This document shows positions 28,789 through 41,468 of a stretch of DNA of 64,000 nt, in pieces. The notes beneath the pieces were generated by a model. That model saw only the letters and a list, made by a program, of their open reading frames with translations, was not told the origin of the DNA and did not search any database. The number at the start of each line of letters is the position of its first letter. Position 1 is the first letter of the stretch. The DNA is from the human T2T-CHM13v2.0 reference genome, Homo sapiens: the NCBI RefSeq assembly GCF_009914755.1, contig NC_060934.1; one strand, written 5' to 3'. A program made the translations under genes and the position numbers.

Positions 28789-29604
28789 CTACCTTTCCAT
28801 GGATTCATATGCATTAACAATTTACGGCTTCGTACAGGAATTCTCAAGTGTTAGTTTACATTATAATCACATGAGCAATGAGTTTAAAGTGCCACTGTCA
28901 AAATCTAGCTTTAAACTTAGACATACTTTGTAAGTCACATAAAATAATAATAATAATGTTGATATGACCACCATTGGTTTTATCAACTTAAACTCCTCTT
29001 CAAAATTTACTCTAACTTCAGTTGTGGCATCAAACTCATCCGGTACTGGACTAAGCTCTCAGTTTTCAAGTTCTGGCTGCTTCTGAGAGTTGCATCTGCC
29101 TTCAGTTCATTGGCTTTGAATGTTTGAATCATTAGAGGTATGGCTTTCCAGCATGCTGTTCAGTGAAGAGTTAATTACTGCATACATCACACCTTCCATG
29201 TGCTGGAAAAGGACCAATGAGCCTACAGGTGGTGACTCTATAGGCGCAAATGTTCTTGCAAGGGCATGAATTAAAAAAAAAAAAAAAAACATTTCAGGCA
29301 AACAACCAGCAAGTATGAGTGTCAAAAACTAGAGAGCATCTCAAAAACTAGAGAGCAATTGGTATTACCTCAGAAAGTCATCAGCATACCAAAATGTGTC
29401 AAAATTGAAAGCACCAGAGAAATCACTTTGGCAAGTATAAGAAAAAGCACGAGGCTGCAATAAATTCTATTCAATACTGGACATGGGGTTGCTGTCTTAC
29501 AGGCTTTGGGGTCCCATTCACTCAGGTGCACATGTTTCCACTTCTTGGTATGACTTCAAGATCTCAAAATTTTCCGAAAAACATACTTTTCTTTCCTTTT
29601 AAAT

Positions 29605-29960
29605 GAATTAGTTGGGCCAATATTAACTGTTGTAATAAAATACAATATTTCAGTGCTTTAAGACAATAGAAATGTATTTCTTGCTCATGAAACAGTATAA
29701 TGTGGATGTTCCTAGTGCAGAGGTGACTTTGTCCAGACAACAATAAGAGAACCCAGGCTCCTTTCCAACTTAGGGTTTCACCTTCCCCTTGAGTGTCAGA
29801 GTCCTTGACAACTAGCCAATAGATGAGGAAATACAAGATGAGGAGAACACATCTTCATCTTAACTGCCTTTGATCAAAAGGAATAAGCAGCACTTCTACT
29901 CATAGATCTTTAGCAAGGTCTGGTCACGTGGCCTCATGTAGATTTAAGGGGTCGGGGAGT
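29605..29960 (-). mobile_element. Old MLT1 (J/K/L-like) LTR remnant
   Basis: aatatttcagtgctttaagacaatagaaatgtatttcttgctcatg...acccaggctcctttcca. Confidence 0.55.
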
Positions 29961-30036
29961 CAACAACTCTAATCTCTGGATGCTCATCCAATTTCCAGCA
30001 TGGATTCAATAGCAAGCTGATTTTCTTCATTCCTTG

Positions 30037-30368
30037 AGCTGTGGCCTGAATGTTTGTGTTCCCCCAAAATTGACATGTTGAAACCAAATCCCCAATGTGG
30101 TGGTATTAAGAGGTGGGGCCTTTTGAAAATGAATGAGATTCGTGCTCCTATAACAGATGCCCAAAGGAGCTTGTTTGCCCCTTCTGCCATGTGAGGATGC
30201 AGCAAGAAGGTGAGTGCATCTGTGCAGCAGAGAGCAAGCCCTTATTAGACATAAGATCTGCCAGCACTTAGATTTCCCAGCCTTTAGAACTATAAGCAAT
30301 AAATTTCTGTTGTTTATAAGCCACCCAGTATATGAAATTTTTGTTGTAGCAGACCAAACAGACTGACA
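30037..30368 (+). mobile_element. MLT1A/MLT1A0-like MaLR solo LTR
   Basis: agctgtggcctgaatgtttgtgttcccccaaaatt...gcagaccaaacagactgaca; CCTTG on both sides. Confidence 0.85.
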
Positions 30369-30373
30369 CCTTG

Positions 30374-30729
30374 TGTTATGGTTTGGCTCTGTCCCCACCC
30401 AAATCTCATCTTGAATTCTCACGTGCTGTGGGAGGGACCCAGTGGGAGGTAATTGAATCATGGTGGCAAGTCTTTCCCATGCTGTTCTTGTGATAGTGAA
30501 TAAGTCTCATGAGATCTGATGGTTTTATAAAGAGGAGTTCCCCTGAACAAGTTCTTTCTCTTTGCCTGCTGCCATCCTTGTAAGATGTGACTTGCTCCTC
30601 CTTGCCTTCCGCCATGATTGTGAGGCCCCCCCAGCTATGTGGAACTGTAAGTCCATTAAACCTCTTTCTTTTGTAAATTGCCCAGTCTTGGGTATGTCTT
30701 TATCAGCAGCATGAAAACAGACTAATACT
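30374..30729 (+). mobile_element. THE1A MaLR solo LTR
   Basis: tgttatggtttggctctgtccccacccaaatctcatcttgaatt...cagcagcatgaaaacagactaatact; 5-bp TSD CCTTG. Confidence 0.9.
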
Positions 30730-31699
30730 CCTTGTTAGGTGGTTTCGAATACTGAAACTAGCCTCACTGTGAAATGTCCTTTTATATGCATATAATGATT
30801 TTGTACTACATAATAATGGAAAAATGGCCCAGAAGGTCTTCTCCTAAGACATCTCAGCCTGAGTGAGCCCTGCTTTTAGCCATGGTCTTGTCTTGCATGT
30901 CCTGCTTGAAATTACGATACAGAATTAATTCACTTGGCGACAAAAGATGACTCTCATAACATTAAATTAACTAGCTTTTTTTCTTCAAAGCTTTCCAGGA
31001 ATTTCATTCTAAAGGGCTTGGTACTTATTTTGGTTCAACACAATTTTCAACAATGTGTAAACAAATGAAAGTTTATTAAATAGATTTTTAAAATAATTGT
31101 TTTGCAAATGTAATGCAGAAACCACATCTGAAATGGGTAGGCTGGAAAGGCTGGATTCTTGGAGCTAGATATTCATGTGGCCTACCAGACTGCATAAATT
31201 CCTGGGTATGGTGTGGTTCTACAAATTTTGTACTTAAAAGTGAAGTTAATGTGTGTGTCCAGGCCAGGATGTTACTGGAACATTCTCCTTCCGGATCCTG
31301 GCTAGTGACTAGAGGTTGCTAACGTGATGATTGTGAAGTTCTCTGAGACTTTGCAGCAGGAGAGACACCATCCATTGCTGTAAACAGCTCAATTGGGGAT
31401 CAGGGTTTCGCTCTACTTGGAAAGCCAGTGGCTCTCTTGGGAGTAGCTACCTAGTGCTGCAACTTGAATAACATCTCACCTCTCTGCTAAACTTGAAATG
31501 GCAGCAGTCGGTCTTACTGTGTCATATCAAGAAAAGTTATACTCTGCATCAGCGCTGAGAAAAGCTTGATCTGCCACTGACGTTGACTCTGCCAAGACAT
31601 CAATTTTGTGAATTTTAGTGACGCATGTGTGGCATTTATTGTGGACATATTTAGATTTATATTCCACATCCATTTTAATGATTGTGAACTTTGAGCACT

Positions 31700-31950
31700 G
31701 GCTATTTCTTATTGAGTGCTTACTATGTGCTTGACACTGTAATAGGTATTTGTGAACATAACACATTCTAATTTATATCTCACAATAACTTTATGTGAGG
31801 GTAATATATTGTCCCCATATTACAGAAGAGAAAAACAACTAAGGCTTGGAGATGTTTTGATTCTTGCTCAAGGCCATAAAACAATCAAATGGCAAAGCTG
31901 TGTTTCCAGACCCAGCTTGACCAGGCCCAGAGCCTGAGCACTAGCCTCAA
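31700..31950 (-). mobile_element. MIR
   Basis: tattgagtgcttactatgtg...ccccatattacagaagagaaaaac...cttgctcaaggcca. Confidence 0.7.
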
Positions 31951-32642
31951 GATGAAACAGCACTGGCATCTCAAATGTTGCTTTCTAATTTATTTGCCCA
32001 GTTCATAGTTATCGAAGAGGTACAGGGCTAAATGTTGAGAATATAGCAGAATACCAAAAAGATAAATTTTAAGTTAAAATTACATACATAACGATTTAAA
32101 TGCATTTGTGATAAGGTCTGTGGTGAAAAGCTCAGGGTGCTGTGAAAAGATAGAGGTGGGAGACAAGGTTCAGTCTAGGACACGAGAGGTGTGCCTGAGA
32201 AGGGGCCACTGAAGCTGGGACCTAACGCTAGGTAGACATTCATCTCCAAAGGAGGACAAAGTGCATGCCAGGGAGAGGACGTCATATGTGTGCAAGCCCT
32301 GAGAGAGGACTGGCTGGTAGAGATTTAGTAACAAGGAAGGTCAATGTCCCTGGACTGTGGAAAGCCAGGCAGAGTGGCCAGAAAGGGGGTTGATGAGGCA
32401 GGCAGAGCTGAGCTCAGGAAGAGCCACAGAATCCACACAGATGGTGGAGCAAAGGACAGACCAATTGCCAGACTACAGACGTTGTTGGAAATTCTGTAAG
32501 GTTGAATGTTACTGAGAGCTTTTGTTTTTGTTTGTTTTTTAAAAAACTAAACATACATAATCTTTTACAGTGCATTAAACCTTTGTGACAAGGTATTTTC
32601 CATAGGACGAACCTGTTTTGTGCTCTCTTTTAGAATATTAGG

Positions 32643-32950
32643 GGCCGGTCCTGGTGGTTCACACCTGTAATCCCAGCACTTTAGGAGGCCAAGGCAGGAG
32701 GATCGTTTGAGCAGCCTAGGCAACATAGTGAGATCTGGTCTCTCCAAAATTTAAAATAAAAAACATTAGCCAGGCAAGTTGCATGTGCCTGTAGTCCTAG
32801 CTACTTAGGAGGCTGAGGCAGGAGGATCACTTGAGCCCAGGAAATTGAGGCTGCAGTGAGCTATGATTGCATCACTGCACTCCAGCCTGGACAACAGGGC
32901 CAGACCCTGTCCCCCACTCCCCCAGGCCCCAAAAAAGAAAAATTCAAAAA
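32643..32950 (+). mobile_element. Alu (AluJ-type)
   Basis: Dimeric Alu with J diagnostics and an internal deletion in the left monomer. Confidence 0.88.
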
Positions 32951-35232
32951 TAAATTAATTAATTAAGTGAAAATGAAATGCTCAAAGTTTCACCGGTAGT
33001 CAGAAAATCAATTAAGGCATATTTCCCAGAATAGTGTGTTAGAAAACATCATATTATAGAATATAAAACTGGATATATGAGCTATGCTGTTTTGTATGAT
33101 AAAATTGCTAAAAATCAGAATGTAATTACACATGGTAAAATTAAAACTATAGTAAACATAATTTTCTTCAAGGTTTCCAGTTAAATATAGTTATAATTAG
33201 TACATAGCATCTTCTCTTTCATTTTTTTTCCAACTTCCCACCAAAAACACAACTGATGACATGAGACAATGGAACAAATGAACAAATTTGTTCCTACAAT
33301 TAAAAACACCAATTTTTAGACATCCTGAAATCTGGAAACCCTCTAGATAATAATTATTTATTGAACATCTGCTAAATACTGTGTTAAACACTTTATATTT
33401 GAAATTTTCCAACAACCCTATCACATAGGACTTTTAATTTTTGAATCTTAAATGATGAAAGTAAAGGCTAAGAGTTTAAGTAAGTTGTCTAAGTTTATAC
33501 AACTGGTGAGGGGTGGAACTAGGTTCTGGTGTCTGTGCTGTTGACCACAACACCCCACAACTTCACCCATGGGGAGAGCAGAGCCATCAGTGCTCTTAAA
33601 CAGGTTACCAAAAACATTTTTGCCCAGCTTGCCAATTTCACCCAGTCCTAGTCAATGCTATTGTCTTTAGTCTCTACATAAATGCCAACTTACTCTCCAG
33701 AGAGCCAGGGTTTAGCATGTGCTTCATTCAGTGAGCACAGGCTATTGCTATTCTTCCTTTCTCTTTCCTTTTCTGCATCCACTATTTCTAGAAAGAGCTG
33801 GCCCACCCTCTTTTCTGCAGGGCTGCAGCCCAAATGTGGCCTGAAGTATTCAAATCTGAGACTGAAGCACCTTCTCCTCTAGCACCCTTGTTTCATTTAT
33901 AATATTCCTCTTGTGCTGAGCTGAGATGCTAGATAAATCCCATCTGTTCTTCTAGCTCCTTGTCACCTTTACTGCAGCAGAAAGGAACAGAATGGATGGG
34001 GCTGAGTCCTGATCTGTCTCTCCCACTAGGTGAGGCAAGCTGGAGGATGACAGGCTATTTCAGGTGTTGAGAGAGAGCTCAGTGCAGCAGAGAGAATATG
34101 ACACAGCTCCTGACAGGTCCTTGGAGCTGAGGTATCTTATTTAGTTGTATTCACACCACAGGTGTTTTCCTGAGTATGCAAACAGTTGCGCAAGGCAGGT
34201 CAGCTTGAGAAGAGAAGTGCAGAGCTGTCCTTTAGTGATGCTCTGTGCCCAACACCTCACACCTGAGATTCTGCAATGGCTGTGATGGTTCCTGACCTGG
34301 CCAGTGTAACACTTCTGAGTCAGGTGAGTGCATGAACAGTTGTGATATGCTTGTGTGGTGTTGTCTTTTCAAAGTTAGGCATGTTCAGAGATGCAGAATT
34401 AGGATAAAAGAGAAAAGTAATCTTTCACTGTCTTTGCGGAACTCCAAAAAAACTCCACAAAGATCTTTTTGCAGTTAGACTGATCAGGAACAGAGGGCTT
34501 ATAGGGAGGGAAAAAGTTCTATAAATGTGAAGAAATTTTACTTGTTAAAAGAATTGAACAAACATGGCCTTGTTAATAAAATTTGTCTATTAGTATAGGA
34601 ATTTTGTGGTGAGCATCCTTTGCAGTCACTGCGCGTATTCTTTAGATTGCAAAAAGACATGATTTATTAAGATCATGTAGGAGTTCCTGAATCACTAAAA
34701 AGCAAGGAGTGCAGCCCTTTCTCCAGCATCAGCTCGTGGCAGCACCAGCAACAGGCAGTAGAAAACCAAGGATTAAAAAGTCAAGAGATTATTAGCTTGT
34801 GACCACGGTCATTCCTTAACAACAACAAAAATTAACTTGATAACACTCTTGTCAAATCTTCGCATATCCCTTCTACTTCCACTCTGAGCATTCTTGTCCT
34901 CTTGGATGTGGTCATTTGATTTCTTCCTAACACTTCACATAAAACACTCTTGCCAAGGTTCCTTATTTCTGCCTCATTGCCTAATCCAGGGACTCCTGTC
35001 AACACTTGACGAAGAGTGCTCTGCAGCCTTTGTTACCGTTAACCATTCTTCAGTGTTCTTTGAAGTGATCCTAGCATTTTCCTTCTTTTGCTTTAAGTAG
35101 CACTCTATTTCCAGGCTTCTTGCTGTGTTGGGAACCGACCTATTTGTTTTTCTGGCATTCTCTTTCCTGAGAGTGGTCCCTTCCTCTCCAAACCTCACCA
35201 ACACAGTTGGCCATGGGCACAGTAGCAGTGAT

Positions 35233-35747
35233 ATCATACAGAATGGTTCGACTCCTGGCTAAACCCCACCCTCAAGCCTGGAATCTGGACCCTACGCGAA
35301 AACAGCTGACCCTGTTTTTCTGCCCAAATGATTGCCTTTTTGGCCTGCCACACCCCTATCCTGTACCCATAAAAAGACTTCAGCTGGCAGAGCAGCACAA
35401 GCGGCTGATGCAAGTGGTGGGGGATATAAGTTGCTGAGCCTCAGGGATACATGCGACTGAGCATCGGAGACTATGGATAGACTCGGCTAACTTCAGACCG
35501 AGTGGCTTCAGCGAAAGATCACTTTCTTCCCACACCATCCCCTTGCCAATTTCCCATCCTGCTGAGAGCCACTTTTATTGCCCAATAAAATCCTCTGCAT
35601 ATACTACCCTTCAAATAGTTCCTGTGACCTGATTCTTCCTGGACACCAAACAAGAACTCAAGTGTCAAGAAGGGCAGGTGCAGGCAGCTGTCACCCTGAC
35701 TCTTTTCTGAGCTGTTAACAGTTAGCCATCCATGGACGGCAAACTGA
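35233..35747 (+). mobile_element. ERV1 LTR (LTR1/LTR27/LTR28 group), apparently 3'-truncated
   Basis: ggctaaaccccaccctcaagcctgg...cctatcctgtacccataaaa...gctgagagccacttttattgcccaataaaa...gagctgttaaca...gacggcaaac; exact family uncertain. Confidence 0.7.
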
Positions 35748-36959
35748 GTGAAATAAGCCATTCCAGTTCCGGTCCACATAGGGGTTCAAGGTCTAGGGAA
35801 CAATCCTGTCTCGACAATGTGGCTGTAGCCAGAGTTTTCTGGTACAGAGCTGAGAGTCTGACCCAAGTGAGACCAATCACTGTCTGTTTCTGGGAATTTT
35901 GGGATAGATCTGAGAAAAGATCTCTCATTGGATATTGAGTTATCAGATACAAACTGCAGGAACTGGCAGCAAGTTACCATGTGCACTAGAGAAATGGGTC
36001 TGCAACAAGACAGTGAAGGATAGAGCAGACACAGAGAGGAGAGAAGGAGAACATGATTGTGGGTGTTGGGAACCTGAGCCTTCTGCTTATTGTGAAATCT
36101 CTTTTACCTTTGCTTTCTTTCTAGAGATTGCAAAGAAAGAATGTAGAGGTTCTGAGTCATGGTAGCATGGGTCAATGGGAGAAGCTTAATGTCACTGCAA
36201 TCATATGCCTAAAGGATTGGGAAGATGTTTAAAAGTAAATTTAGGTGTTCCTCCCAGAAGAAGGCAGAACAAATGCTAGGCAAATAGAAAAAACCGACGC
36301 TCCCTACATAGGAGCCTCATATTGACATCTTTTTTTTTTTTCCCACTGAAACTTCAAAATATTGGTATAGATGGATAGATCCAGGCTTAGAAAATAGACA
36401 GTTAGAGGTAAAGAAGGTTTAAAACCAAAGCAGTGCCCCACAGTGCATGTGTTCTTGTTGAACACAGCAGGGATTTTCCAACACCTTTGTTTTTCTTTAT
36501 CCTGTGTTCTCTCCCTCCTTACTCCTTCCTCCTCCTCTTTTTCCTATTCTTTTTGCCTGACAGAAGAGATTGGGGGCATTTTTGTTTTTAAAATAAACTC
36601 TTTTTTAATACACATATGTTGTTTGTTAATAATAACAAACCCATACACAGACACTTTCCAAAGAGAACATAAAGCTTTTTGCAAGAAATGACGGGAAATC
36701 AAAGGTGGCATCTGACCACCCCAGATGGAAGTGATTTCCTCCTCTTGTGTATTTCTGTAGGGCTTATTGTCTAGGAGCATGGTTCACAGATTTGGTTCCT
36801 CATTAGAGAGAGCTGGGGATCTTTTTTAATGAACTCTTACCCAGAATCTTAATATATAAGCATATCTGCTCTGGCGAAATTAGAGAGAAAGGAAAACCCT
36901 CCCTCTCTTCCCAGACAAGTTCTTGGTGTTGGTTAGTAGAAAATACCCCATAGGCTGCT

Positions 36960-37420
36960 CTCTAATTGATTGAAAATAAACTATCATCTTTCTTTTATCT
37001 GATTACCAAAATGCTATGTTACATAAAATTCAAATATTATGTAAATGTCAACATTGACTATTACTAAACATCCAGGTCTTTAACAAATTGATAGGCTAGA
37101 AATGATGTAGCATTACACTATCAATTTGCATCTTCTCAATCATTAGTGTGAGAGAGTGTATGTAGACAGTTGAGAAGCTGAGACCCTAGAGAATCTGGTC
37201 AGAACATGTTTTAGTACATTTCTGAATGTTTACACTTTTGTCTTTGAATTGTTTTTCTCATTTACTTATTTTTCCATTTTGTTTGCCTTTTATCTTGTAC
37301 AAAGAAATACATTACAAGAATGCAAACACAAATGCGTTATATACTATATATGTTGCAAATCATTTACCCCAAGAAATGATTTGCCTTTTAATCTTGTTTA
37401 TAGAATATTTTAGACTCAGT
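36960..37420 (-). mobile_element. Old L1M fragment
   Basis: aatttgcatcttctcaatcattagtg...tatatgttgcaaatcattt. Confidence 0.55.
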
Positions 37421-38278
37421 TGAATAAACAGGGAGAGACGACTGTGAAGGAGTAGAAATATCTCCATTTTTATGTCAGAGAAAGATCTGACTTTGAATTT
37501 TGGACCCTCAACTCACTGTCTGATGCTTTGGAAGTTGCATAAATCTCTCGGAGCCTCTATTTCTTTTAGATAAAGAAGATGGTATTATCTGATTAATATA
37601 GTTTTGAGAGGATTAAATGAGATAACACAACTGAAGGCACTGTGCAGACATCAAAACACCATTCAAATTTAAGTGGCCCGTTGAGATGCCATGCTATTAG
37701 ATAGAGCACGGTGTGTTTCTTAGCCTGCATTAGACCTAACTATTGTCTTTTATATGAGCAAACTTACATTCCAATTTACAACATGGGTGATTATAAGCAC
37801 TAGACCTCAGCGTATTGTTTTGCAATCTTTTGTCTTTTTCCATGACTGGTAGCTTTGATTCTTTTCCCTTTTGTGGAAAGGCCTGCTTAGCTTTTCCCTT
37901 TTGTGGAAAGACAATGAGAATTGCCTTTTATGTAAACTGATCCATTCATTTTATGAACTGTATTCTCCAGCCTAAACATGAGCTTTCTACCAATCCAATT
38001 GTTTATTTGTTACCAAATTTATTCCTCCCTTTTTACCTATCCTTTTAAGAGAGCTCTCCTTTATTTCCCCAGAAAAGCCCCTTAAATGCCCAAACTGCCT
38101 GCAAGACTTTCTCAGTGCCTTGTAGATGTAGAATTTACCATGTCTTTGAAATGTTAACATCCAGAAAATTAGCTAAGCAACATTCCATCTAAGATCAGAT
38201 TTAAAACAGTTAAAGTACATTAGACCCATCACAAAATTTTTTTCTTAGTATATAAATGTGTATAAGAAATTAATTTGG

Positions 38279-38632
<354 letters not shown>

Positions 38633-38652
38633 CTATTTTTAATCTTTTCTAC

Positions 38653-38920
38653 TGAAGAAAACCAAAATATTTCTTTTTAAAGTACTGGCGATTGTTGAGG
38701 CAAAGAAGGTTAAAGTGCAGCAGACACTCTGCCCCTTCCCCTGCTTGACTGACAGCAGGACAGCGATTTACAAAGACAAAGAGCTTCTTGCCCGCCTTTT
38801 CCCATCTAAAGATAGGCCCCTTTACAACACTTGCTTATCAGCTGGGAGACAGCAGTGCCAAAGAATCTAGGAATAGACTTTATGCTTCCCATAAATTTAC
38901 CCTCCTACATTTTCTCACCT
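38653..38920 (+). mobile_element. 5' part of an ERV1 MER4-group LTR
   Basis: Starts TGAAGAAAACCAAAATATTTC; LTR-like U3; not similar to the LTR at 45366. Confidence 0.5.
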
Positions 38921-38979
38921 TTTGGCACTGCTCCCATAGCAGCTTTTGTTTTCCTGTTTTACTGACTGTCTCTTTAATT

Positions 38980-39207
38980 TAGGGGTGTCCTGTCTTTTGG
39001 TTTCCTTGGGCCACATTAGAAGAAGAATTTTCTTGGGCCACACATAAAATACATTAACACTGACAATAGCTGCTGAGCTATATATAAAAAAAAAAGTCAC
39101 AGAAAAATCACATAATGCTTTAAGAAAGTTTACGAATTTGTATTGGGCCACATTCAAAGCCATCCTGGACAGCATGTGCCCTGTGGGCCATGAGTTGGAC
39201 AATCTTG
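38980..39207. mobile_element. MER30 (hAT-Charlie MITE)
   Basis: aggggtgtcc...gggccacacataaaatac...ttggacaatcttg; 8-bp TSD CTTTAATT/CTTTAAAT. Confidence 0.9.
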
Positions 39208-40755
39208 CTTTAAATCTTCCATCTGGACTTTGTATGTAGACAGTCAGCTGAGAAGCTGAGATCCTAGAGAATCTGACTGGACAGATGTGGGTTGTAATCC
39301 ACTTGTAGCTAGTGAAACTTTTCTTTCATTAAGCTGTCTTTGGGGTGGTTCTGGATTTGGTGAGGACAGTGTTGCACAATTTTGGAGATAACCTGTTAAG
39401 TCTCTGGTTAAGTCATAATGTTGGTTATTGGTTTTGGTGAGTCCCTTGGAAAGATACTTTTGGTTTAAAAGAGGAATAAAGCAGGAATATTTGTTGTTTG
39501 TCATGGCTGAACTCTGACAAGATATTTGAAAATATATTTTTGAGAGCTCTATAGTCAAAAGCTGCCTCAATGAAAAGCTGATATTTATAATATATAAGTA
39601 TATACATATATATTTTTAGGCTTCTGTTCTCTCTATAAAAGCTTCTCAGTTGACTAAATTCCTTTCTTTTAAACCCTTGCTAACTCTATGCACCCCCTCG
39701 GTCTGCTTCTCTTTTGCTGACATGATTATTTCCAAGGATAATTTAAAACTTAAATGGCCTATTAGAAAGCTTAAATTCTTTATCTGTGATTTGAAAGTAA
39801 ATTTACTACCTTATTCTCTAAAACTTAGTAAAGACTTCAGCCATGTCAGACAGGTAAAGTTTAACTTGTTTCATTTCCAACTATGCAGTTTGAATCCAAC
39901 TGTCATTTTAAATTAATGAGTGTTCCTTCTTTCATGGCTCAAATGTAAAACTGAAGTTATAAAATCATTTGTCTGCATTTTATCCATGTACGTATACATG
40001 TCTGTGTTTGTATACTGTATACATGGTACCAAATTGACTTATAAATAAACGAGTGCTCATAAATTAAGTAAATAAGTCCAAATGCTTTCCAAGTTTACAG
40101 GACATATTAGTAATCTTCAGTAAATAAAGCTAGCTCTAAAATTATTGGTAAAATAAAACTAGAATGTATTCAGAATTGTGTTAAATATAATTCAGACATT
40201 TTGCCTTGGGTCTCCTGGTTAGACAAGTTTAGGCTGCCTCTTCTAGCTGTTTTAAGGTCATAAAACTGTTTCTTCCATGATATTTTGGATACTTGTTTGA
40301 TTTGTCTATGAGTTTATATCTTTGATTTTGATGCAGATATTCAGGTTCTATGTAAGCAGCCACAGTGAGGCCTGGTGGCCTAGACCATCATCTGCAGGAA
40401 AGCCAAGCCCAGTACGTCCTCCCTGGCCCAGCTGTGCCTCTGGGACATGCTAGGTAGATTCATATTCTCCATGCATTGTCTTCATAGGGCTGTCTTCTAT
40501 CTTGGGTCCTACATCTGGTGTATAGCATTTAAATTGCTTACTTTCTAGAATTTGCACTGAAAATTAGGATTACTAAGGGTTAACATTTTAATAAATATAT
40601 GTAATGAAAACCACTAAATAGAACAGGAACACTTCTGTATACAAAGTATATAAGTAAAGTAGGGAATGTTTCCAGTAAAGAAGGATATTCAAAAGACATA
40701 AAAATGCGATTTTGGTTAAAGGAAAAGTAAATTTGCCTAACTTAAAAGTTATTTA

Positions 40756-41072
<317 letters not shown>

Positions 41073-41177
41073 AAATAAAAAAGAATGACAGATAAAACTA
41101 AGTAGATATAGAAAGTTGAGAAAAATTAGAAAAATTGTAAGAGGTTATATAAAATGTTTGCAGAAATCTTATCTTGC

Positions 41178-41468
41178 GGCCAGGCGCGGTGGCTTACACC
41201 TGTAATCCCAGCACTTTGGGAGGCCGAGGTGGGCAGATCACGAGGTCAGGAGTTTGAGACCAGCCTGACCAATATAATGAAACTCCATCTCTACTAAAAA
41301 TACAAAAATTAGCTGGGCATAGTGGTGTGCCCCAGTAGTCCCAGCTACTTGGGAGGCTGAGTCAGGAGAATAGCTTGAACCCAGGAGGCAGAGGTTTCAT
41401 TAAGCCAAGACTGCACCATTACACTCAAGCCTGGGTGACAGAGTAAGACTGCATTAAAAAAAATAAAA
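41178..41468 (+). mobile_element. Alu (AluS)
   Basis: Full dimer; TSD aaat(t)cttatctt. Confidence 0.93.

Noticed and set aside
37861-37910. Repeat-spacer-repeat as a mini CRISPR array
   Set aside because: Only two units with a 10-bp spacer, no cas genes, and the DNA is human.
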